NCBI RefSeq assembly: GCF_009914755.1
Contig: NC_060928.1
From: the human T2T-CHM13v2.0 reference genome, Homo sapiens
Reading direction: 5' to 3' (one strand)
Length of the DNA: 64,000 nucleotides
Made by a program: the position numbers and the translations under genes. A model generated the notes under the pieces. It was not told where the DNA came from and searched no databases. It saw only the letters and a list, made by a program, of their open reading frames with translations. Position 1 is the stretch's first letter. The number at the start of each line of letters is the position of its first letter. Shown one piece after another: positions 54,001-64,000 of the stretch.

Positions 54001-56226
54001 GGAATGGTGGCTGAGGGTCATCTGTTTAGACCTGAACTGGTTTTGTGCCGAAGGAGCAGGCAGGATCCTTGAGCCTGGGCACTGTCCAAGACTGGGGTCT
54101 GGGAAGGACCCTCATCTGGGCCAGAGTCCCAATTTATAATGGAAAGGGTGCTTTGAACTGGTATGTTGCTGAAGCATGTCACCTTAGGAACTTAGCACAG
54201 TGATGGAAGCCCAGATATGAACTGGGATTTAGGTTTCAGCTCTGATCATTGCTCTTAGCAGGGTTGTGAATGTTGGCTATTGACAGCTCTCTCTGCCTTC
54301 AGAGCAGGTATCTGGAAAGAGCTGTTCACATTCACTGTGTCCACTTCCTCACCTCACATCTCTTGTCTCTCCACAGCCCGCTGCAATCTGGCCTGCACTC
54401 CCACCAATCCATGGACACTGTACTTGATTGCTAAATCTCATGTGTGCCTTCACTCCTTACCTGAGTTGACCTCCGTGCTGCAATTGAACACTCCCTTCTC
54501 AAAGCATGCTCTCCTCCTTTGGCTTCCAGGACATGACACTCTCCTGGATTTCCTTCCTGCCTGGGTTTTACCTTCTTTTCCCAGGGCTCTGTCCTTAGTC
54601 CTCTGTTTCTGTTTCTGCTTTTATGGCCTCATAGAAGTGGCAGCAAATGGTAGCTGAGAGCTTGGGCTTTGCCACTGGGCTGCTTGGGTTCATACTGACT
54701 TGGCTTTATGTGCTGCTTTCCAGCTGTCACTTAATCTCTCTGCTTTGGTTTCCCTGTTTGTCAAAATATGATACATGCTGGTGAATAGTGTCCTGAGAGT
54801 TCAGTGAATGCTGAAGGCCGCCATGAGCGCAGTGCGCATGCCTCCTTCCGTGATGCTGCTCGGAACCAATGTCTTTATTTCAGCAACACCCGAACACAAC
54901 ACTTGGCACCTAAGCACTTAGTGAATGGGTATTTTTTTCCTTCATAAAACTCCTGAGAGGTAGCTATATAACATTTCTCATTCTTCAAATGGCGAATGAG
55001 AGACCCTAAGTAGGTTAGTGACTGATAGAACCACATAGGTGAAGAACTGGAACTCACTCATTGACTGCAGATCATTCAGTCCCCAGCACCCTTCACGCTC
55101 TCCTGTCCTCATCACTCCCTGAGAGCCCTGGGCCTTCAACCAAGGGCTTGTGCAAGGAGGAAAGGCATGAGGTTCAGAATTCACCACTTCTCACTCCTGA
55201 GACCTCAGGAGGTCACTTAAATACCTAAGCCTTAGTTTTCCCTGTCTGTTAAGTAGAAATAATTATCTTTGCCCTGCCTGTCATTCATGATTATTGTAGG
55301 AACCAAATGACATAATATATTTGAGGGCACTTGTACCAAGGTGGGGTATTTTAATCATCTTATAGTTGTCTTGTAGTTTATAACTTAAGACGGCCTGAAG
55401 CAAGACTGCCCAGATTCGAATCCTGGCTTTGCCGTTTGCCTAACCTCCCTCCGCCTCCGTTTTCTTATCTGCATAAGGCAATAATAGTTCTTTCCTCATG
55501 GAAACTGAACCTAAATGAGTTAGTACATGCAAGTGTTAAGAACAGGGCCTGGTTCAAAGTAAGACCTCAGTAAGTGTTCAGTGGCTATTATTATCTGTTA
55601 TTACATTTTGGTATCAGACAATTACCAAATGAAAGTTATGTTTCCTAACTGAAAACCCTGACTGAATGTGGCAAAATCTTCAAGTGGCAGAAACAAACAA
55701 AATTGTTGTGGACATTTTGCTCAAGGTCATGTCAGACTTCTGCTTAAAAAACCCCAAATCCTGTTTTTTTTAAATCAGATATCTCTTGAAGCTTAAGACT
55801 ACTGGGACTGATGTGCCTACGTGTATTTTAGAGTCAGGGTTACTTGTTGAGCTAACCTTGTTTCATGAAGTGTGTACATGAGATAGCACTGCAGTGCATT
55901 TTGAGAGAACATTGACATATAAGAGAAACAGAAAGGTTAGATGACTTAGATTAGTATTTTTGGAGAGTAAATTGAAATTATAATAACTTCTATTTCTGGT
56001 GTGATTTGGGTTGGTGGAAGTATTAACTTATTTGTGTCGTCGCTAGGTTTATTTCTTGACCATAACATTTTTTCAAAAAGGAACTAAAAACCCATCTTTT
56101 CTTTAACATCTAAATTCCTTACAATACAAGCTGTGGAAGTGTTTAAATTAGCAGTACTGTTCTTTGGAAGTACAGAGTTAGGATGTAGCATACCTTAATT
56201 TTGTGCTCTTTGAATTTGTTTTGTAG

Positions 56227-56341
56227 GAAGTCTGCGGTCTTGCAGTTCTTCAGACTGCTTTAATAAAGTGATGCCACCAAGGAAAAAGAGAAGACCTGCC
56301 TCTGGAGATGATTTATCTGCCAAGAAAAGTAGACATGATAG
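56227..56341 (+). CDS. DCUN1D4: DCUN1D4 exon 4 (115 nt; (G)[37 protein letters not shown](S)), includes a basic NLS-like segment
   Basis: Acceptor tttgttttgtag; donor AG|gtatga; frame consistent. Confidence 0.97.
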
Positions 56342-57449
56342 GTATGATGTAGAGACAGTAGATCAGAATCAGTGATACATATGTCGAAGATGCACATTTC
56401 TACCTAATTCAGTGTGGGTCTTCTAAGTGTGCAAATGCCAAGTGGAATGGGCTTTGCCAGTCGATTTTTCAAAATGTAATTATTTAATCATGTTTATTTT
56501 GTGTTTTAGTTTAAAAACGTAAGAACAAATTAGGTAATTTGAATTCTTAGAAGTTAAAGTTTTATCTTAATCCATTGATCGCCCAAAACTGGTGCAGAGT
56601 TGATTTCTTTCCTTTCAAAGCCTTGCTGTCTGTGCCTGCTGAGGACCACAGAATTGGTGTCTTGTTCTTTAAGCAGGTCTCACTCATTCACTTCAACCAC
56701 AGAGCTGGAGAGATCTTCCTGTACTTAATGGTCTGTGCCCGCCCAGAATATCAGCCAAGCTGAGGTTTATTCTCACATGGGTGAGAATTCGATAGAACTG
56801 TGAAAAACAAGGCTCTTTAAATCGCTTCTCTTTCAGATAAGTGAACTTGTTAATTTTGGTAACTCCAAGGGCCTGTTAGATTCGTTTATTTCAAACATCT
56901 TTATTGTTTCACCCTGAGTTTAGTAAGTAGTTTTTTCTTCCTTGTTTCAGAAACAACAAACGAACATCATTGTCTAGTCTTTTCTACCTTTCTCCATCTT
57001 TCCCCATTCTGGCTTTGTGGGTCATATCACTAATGGGCCAGAATTTCCACATGTATTAATCCAGGGAATTTAAGTGAGATTTTTCTGTTTCTTTCTTGCT
57101 GTGACTCAGAGGAATAAGAAAGACTCTGAAAATGTAAAAATAATGTCATTGTTTATATCTCAAATGAATAGAAAATATTATCTGAAAGAAGATAGTAGTG
57201 ATTTAGAAAATAATCACCAGCAATCTTTAGGCCAGTGATTTTTCAACTTTACAAAGGCAGGCTACTTTGATACTTTTTTGGTGGTGTGGACGTTATTATC
57301 AGAATTGTTAAATTCTAACAATCACATAACGTTTTGTGACTTTGTAGCGCTTAGTATTTTCTCACCACAGTCTAATAAAATATAGTATGATAAAGCCAGA
57401 TTTGAAACTGGCAGTGTAGTTGCAGTTTCTGAGTTTCATTCTTGGCCTT

Positions 57450-57790
57450 TCTTTTTTAAACAACTTTATTTACATACCATAAAGTTCATCCATTTTAAGT
57501 GTACAGTTTAGTGATTTTTATTAAGTTAACTGAGTTGTACACACCATCACTACAAACCAGTTATAGAACATTTCTATTATCCCAATAAGATCCCTAATGC
57601 CCATTCAGCCACTCCCAGCCCCAGACAACCACTAATCTACTTTGTCTCGACAGATTTCCCTTTTATGGATATGGTCTTTGTGTCTCGCTTCTTTCACTAA
57701 GCATGATGTTTTTGAGATTCTTGCATGAAATAGCATATATCAGCATATCATTCTTTTTATTTGCTGAATGGTATTCCGTTGTATGCTCTT
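57450..57790 (-). mobile_element. L1MB-like 3' end
   Basis: ccattttaagtgtacagtttagtg..agaacatttctattatccc..gacaaccactaatctactttgtctc. Confidence 0.8.
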
Positions 57791-58122
57791 GGTTCTTTTT
57801 TATGTATTTTTGAATAATTTATATAGTGTCTCCAAGTTATTGACCATTTACAGGCTTTGAGCTGAGATAGGAATGCCTGGGCCCAGAATTAGATCATATC
57901 TATTTGAACACTTGGCCGGTATCCACTTTTGTTTCTAGGTGGTATGGCTACCTTTTATAGAAGAAATACAAAACTGCTGGTTTGCAGTTTCAGTAACCTA
58001 ACACCTTATTATAACCATGTACTTTTTTTGGTGTTAAAACCCAGAAACTAATCAGAGGCATATACTGATAATCGGGTGAGTGTCTAGGTCATGAATCAAT
58101 GTTCAATAAAAAAGAATTATAC

Positions 58123-58536
58123 CAAATGTCCAACAATGATAGACTGGATCAAGAAAATGTGGCACATATACACCATGGAATACTACGCAGCCATAAAAAA
58201 TGATGAGTTCATGTCCTTTGTAGGGACATGGATGAAGCTGGAAACCATCATTCTCAGCAAACTATCGCAAGGACAAAAAACCAAACACCGCATGTTCTCA
58301 CTCATAGGTGGGAATTGAACAATGAGAACACATGGACACAGGAAGGGGAACATCACACACCGGGGGGCCTGTTGTGGGGTGGGGGTAGGAGGGAGGGATA
58401 GGATTAGGAGATATACCTAATGTTAAATGACGAGTTAATGAGTGCAGCACACCAACATGGCACACGTATACATATGTAACAAACCTGCACGTTGTGCACA
58501 TGTACCCTAAAACTTAAGTATAATACAAAAAAAAAA
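58123..58536 (+). mobile_element. 5'-truncated L1PA4-type 3' end (~410 bp)
   Basis: ORF2 C-terminus (KCPTMIDWIKKMWHIYTMEYYAAIKNDEF..MFSLIGGN*), G-rich 3' UTR, A tail; TSD aaaaaag(a/g)attatac at 58108-58122 and 58531-58545. Confidence 0.92.
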
Positions 58537-58544
58537 GGATTATA

Positions 58545-58780
58545 CAGTTGACTGTTGAACAATACAAGTTTAAACTGCACAAGTCTACTTCTGTGGATTT
58601 TTTTCAGCCGAACAGAGATGGAAAATATACTATTGAGGGATGTGAAACCCCACCTGTATGGAGCACTGACTTTTGGTATACATGGGTCTTCCAGGGCTGA
58701 CTGGGGGACTTGAGTATGTGTAGATTTGGGTATAGGTGGGGGTCCTGGAAACAGTCCCCTGCATATACTGGGGAATTACC
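58545..58780. mobile_element. MER8 (TcMar-Tigger MITE)
   Basis: ta-cagttgactgttgaacaatac..ggacttgagtatgtgtagatt..gggggtcctggaa..cccctgcatatact. Confidence 0.82.
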
Positions 58781-59718
58781 GAATATTATTTTCATATTCT
58801 TACATACTATGAAAATAAAAACTGTATTTATAAATGCTTATATACACCACTAGGTAATTTATATATAAGTAAGGGATATAAAAATGTATATACTTATAAT
58901 TTTTATATCCATATCATCATTTTAAAGCTATTGCCTCCTCTTCCCTCTCCATGTGAGGAGTATCACCTTCCTCAGCCCCTGGTTATTATGAAGTATGTCA
59001 TTTTTGTGGAAGGTCACAGTTGCAACAGGAGGCTGCTGTGCTTCCTGATTCAGTTCTCTAGTTTATGCTGGGCTGTCCACAAGGCTAGAATTAGAAGAAA
59101 AAGGCAGAAGCTAGTTTCTCTATACTTCTGTCTCCTGAGGTTTCTAAGGTTATACTAATCAAGAAACCACCCAAGCGACATTGTCTTTGTCAGCCTTACA
59201 TCAAAGTTTATTTTTTTCCCGGAAGCTTGGACATGATTTGATGTTTCTTTTTATTTGCTTAGTGTTCTCTTGAGTTGTCTAATATTGAGAGATTCTTCCT
59301 TAGACTGTGTTCCGTGCCCAGTCTAACTTGTAAGACACAGAAGACAGACATGAGTTGTAGGCTACATTAATAAATGTAGGCAAGACATTTCTTGCCATAT
59401 CTCACCATTATTTTGTAGTTCTGGCTGGTGAGGTAGAAGGGAGTATATCAAATACCTGTTCTGTTCAGTTCTTACTGATTATTTGTTAATCAGAGAAAAA
59501 CTTGTATTAAGTGCTTACCAGTTCTATATTAGGAGTGACTGTGTTTAAACACTGTAGTTAAAAGCTGAAGCCTGCAAATGCAGGAAATAAAACGTTTAAA
59601 ATATACTTAAAATACTGATTGAATAGATGTCTGGTTTGGGTAAAAGAATATAAATTATCTGCTACTTTAAAGAACTCAGTATCTTTAAATAACTTAAAAC
59701 TGCCTTTTCAATTTCCAG

Positions 59719-59810
59719 CATGTATAGAAAATATGATTCGACTAGAATAAAGACTGAAGAAGAAGCCTTTTCAAGTAAAAGGTGCTTGGAATGGTTCTAT
59801 GAATATGCAG
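59719..59810 (+). CDS. DCUN1D4: DCUN1D4 exon 5 (92 nt; (S)[30 protein letters not shown](G)), start of the DCUN1/PONY domain; gene continues past the window
   Basis: Acceptor ttttcaatttccag; donor CAG|gtaggt; [14 protein letters not shown] is typical of DCUN1D4/5. Confidence 0.97.
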
Positions 59811-61232
59811 GTAGGTATTCATTTGTATCATCTAAGACTGATCCTTATGACAATAAGGAGTACCTTAGAGATGATTAAAGAATTTAAAAATGTGTACATT
59901 TCAAATTTGGGTGTGTGTGTGTGTGTGTCCCTGTTAGACAGAGGGAGAGAGGGACATAGCTGTAACAAATCACCAGATAGCCTATTTTATAGCCAGCAGC
60001 TAAGCCAAATAATTCAGAACACTAGAAGGGAACTGAAAAGATGAAATGACTTGGGAGAAATACTTTGGATTGCTGGGAAACCTATTTGGAATGCTGATAA
60101 TGGGTGATTATTTGGTCAAAGCACCTGTGTTAAAATAAGCTTTGCTGCTTTGAACCCTTACTTAGTGCAGTGAAATTTCTTTATATTAAGTGTTTCTATT
60201 TGGAAAGATCATTTGGCAGAAAATGTTTGTTTTGTCACTTAAAATGTTTTAAATTTAGTCTTTCTTTTTGCAATTTACTATAATTGGTTGGGTAATATAA
60301 TGTTGCGACCTGGGGCTTATTTGTTATTGTGGCTTTGTATGGTGTAAAAAAGAAAAAGAAAAAATTTTCAAACAAGCTCAAGCTGAAGGCTCTTTTATCT
60401 TTCTTCTTTCTCACCTTATTTCAGGCTCTTTTATAACTTACCAACTGGCTATTCTAGCAACCTTTAAACCAATTTTCCTGTCATCTCCTCTCCAGACAAC
60501 CTGCCATGTGCCACTGTTGTCTAATTTTTTTAAAACTAAGCTGAGCAGATCATACATACATTCCTGAACAACCTCAACCACTCCCCTCTAATCCCAACCC
60601 TATCTCCTGGCCAAAAGAATCCCTGCTATCTGCAGGATAAAAGAGAGTGAACTCCCCGTGCCTTTGCCTGAAATGATTTTCTCCGTTTTTCCATCTGACA
60701 TGCTCTTACATCTTTTAAACCCTTAATTACCTTAGTAGCCTTTTCTGTACTTCCACAGGATAGTGTTTATAACTTGTTGTAACTTGTTTTGGTTCCCTTT
60801 TATTGGTATCAAAATGAGGAATTCCCCCTGTAGCCTGATCTGGCTATTTTTCTCCTATTCCCATGCAACCCTTTTTGTGATAAGAGCCTTGCCCCTGTTG
60901 GCCACAGAGATTGGTCTAGGTGGCTGGCACATAACCCAGGCCAGGCCAGTCAGACAAATCTTCACAGGGGTTTTCAGATTGAAGCTGGGAGGATCATGTC
61001 TTTCTCTTCTGGTGGAGGACTCGAGAGGTTATAGTTCTGATTCCTGTAGTTCTTCTTTGGACTTTTATGAGCTACCCCAACATCTTTCTAATGGATTCTC
61101 TGTCATTTCTTTAATGAGTTTGATCTGGATTTTGTTTGCGGGGCATGGACACTAGTGCAAACACATGGATGCTGTTAGCATTTGTCTGTTTTCATGTTTA
61201 CAGACAAATTAAACATGAGTTCGTTTGATTCA

Positions 61233-61712
<480 letters not shown>

Positions 61713-62808
61713 TTATAAGAAGGAAATTTTAAAGAAAAAGTACACTTAATCCTATCACCATAGCATAGCTATTCTGATTTTTTGGTACCTTCCTTTATAA
61801 GCAAATACAGATTTTTTCATAATATAAGCCAAGAAAATAGCAAGGTGTGACTTTTCTTCTTGTTTGCCTTTCTCTGACTTTAGAAGGGTGACATTTTGGA
61901 CATAAAGATTAAGCTACATTATTTAGGTTCCTTGAAATCCCTGCTAAGTCCTTCGTTTTAACTGAACCCTTCAAGAAATTTGTGTGGAGGTGACTATTCC
62001 TATTTTTAGCCACCCCCTTCTTTTTCCCCCTTTTGCTATAGCTTGTCCATAGGGAAAATAACTGGCATTGGGAATAACTGAAAGCCCCATTGGCATGTGT
62101 TTTCATTTTGTGTATCTCAACCACATAAACTGAAACTGTAGGTCAGTATTAGTCAAGAAAAATGAATCGTGAGAAGAACCAGTGTGACTAACAGGTTGTG
62201 CTGTAGGATGAGTCTGTGGGAACAGGCTGTGATGCCACAGACCCCCTAGATACCAGCACGAAGAGGGCTTGTAAATGAAATTGAGCCATGTTCATTTTCC
62301 GTAGAAGAGAGCAGGCTGGTTTGGGCTGAGGATAAATGCTGACTCCCTGCCTTTTAATCTGGAGTAGAGTGGAGTGGAGGGGCAGCGGGGGCCTGGTGTG
62401 TGATTATTTCACATGGATGGACCTTCAGCTCTTCCCAGAATTCTCAGTTCCACTTTGTACCTTGCCCTCTGCTTTCCGTGGCTCCTGAGGCCTGAGCCCA
62501 GCTCTTCCAAGTTTCTGTCTGGCCAGTTAACCCCAGTCATCCTCTGCACATTCTAGGATGCAGCTTCTCACTTTCTAAAATCTCCACCAGCTCAATTTCT
62601 GATCTCCAGAAATATAATGAATAAACCCTTCTTCGCTGGGGGCTTTTCCTCCTGTTCTCTGGTTGTAGGTGTACTCCCTTTCACACTTTGGTACTTTAGC
62701 TCTCTGTGACTTTAGAAAGGATCGGCTGGGAGGTTCAGGGGAAGTGTTTATTTAGACCTTGATCTGAACCTGGAATCCCATTTTGTTTCATTAGAATGAA
62801 GACAACCA

Positions 62809-63155
<347 letters not shown>

Positions 63156-63844
63156 CTAAGAATAAGGAATTAAACCAAATACACAGGTGCCAACATTGGT
63201 TTTACAGTTATACTAAAGCTCACATACATAGGTCATAATAGTTCTACAAGTCCTGACTGTAGGCCCTTAGTCTATTTTGGATTAAGTTCTATAGCAGAAT
63301 TGTTTGGTTTACCAAAAATAAAGTCAGTCATGGACAGTTGCAACAAATAATAAACTGGTCTGATAGCAAAGGAAGAGATGTTAAAAACTACCTAAGAGAC
63401 CATGTGGGCCCCATTTGCCTCTGTGATGTGGTATGCTATAATTATGGGGCCATTATGAAAAGGTCAAATATCTTTAGTTAGGGGCCCCTGCTTAAGATGG
63501 CAGGGAAAGTGGAAGGACCACTTCTTTCTGGATTATTGTCAGTATATCAGCCTTACCAGATGTACCTCCAGTATCTTGTCACCTAGGGCATTTTATAGCT
63601 TATTATTTTAGATACAAGTTAAAAAAAAAAAAAAAACAAGAAAAAAAAAACCTCTCTGTCTCAAACTTCACTTCTAACCCACTTTGTGTTAGCCAGTGGT
63701 GTATTTGTTAGCTTGCTTGACAGAGGTAATTACCTTAATTCTACAGGTAAATTTAGTGTAAAATACAACTAGAATCCCAACAAATCATGCAATTACAACT
63801 AGATTTAAATGTGTGCATGGGAAAGATGAGAAGAAAAGTGTTAG

Positions 63845-63962
63845 GGCTGGGTGCAGTTGGTCACGCCTGTAATTCCAACAATTTGGGAGGCTGAGGTAGG
63901 AGGATCGTTTGAGCTAAGGAGTTTGTGACCAGCCTGGGCAATATAGTGAGACCCCATCTCTT
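63845..63962 (+). mobile_element. FLAM_C monomer
   Basis: Single left arm; TSD aagaaaagtgttag at 63831-63844 and 63963-63976. Confidence 0.88.
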
Positions 63963-64000
63963 AAGAAAAGTGTTAGATGGCAGGGTTATTGGTAGCATTT

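Noticed and set aside
56262-56267. AATAAA as a poly(A) signal
   Set aside because: Lies inside coding exon 4 (Asn-Lys codons) just upstream of a strong splice donor.

Overview
Primate (almost certainly human) genomic DNA spanning the boundary between pericentromeric satellite and euchromatin, followed by the 5' half of DCUN1D4 (DCN1-like protein 4, neddylation co-E3 family; recalled as 4q12, the gene next to the chr4 centromere). 1-1876: minus-strand class I ERV fragment (HERV-I/HERVIP10-like gag plus leader) lacking its 5' LTR and fused directly to ~2.8 kb of old, CENP-B-box-less alpha satellite (1877-4679) that ends abruptly in non-satellite DNA. 4.7-24 kb: L1/MaLR/MIR/Alu-rich spacer including a very young AluYd8. 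~24.1-27.1 kb: CpG-island promoter with two alternative coding first exons. Exons 2-5 at 45391-45461, 45624-45663, 56227-56341 and 59719-59810 splice in frame to [114 protein letters not shown]; the gene continues beyond the window. Intron 3 holds an antisense processed dUTPase (DUT) pseudogene and a MER52A solo LTR. I found no convincing wholly new biological system. The most original observations are a fossil higher-order (~6-mer) structure in the nominally monomeric alpha satellite, the ERV/satellite fusion junction, a 24-codon tandem expansion in Gag, an unexplained 83-bp dispersed duplication, a perfect 20-bp TGACAGCTGTCA palindrome and a candidate poison exon. Repeat subfamily names come from remembered consensus sequences and need RepeatMasker/Dfam confirmation; boundaries of old repeats are approximate.
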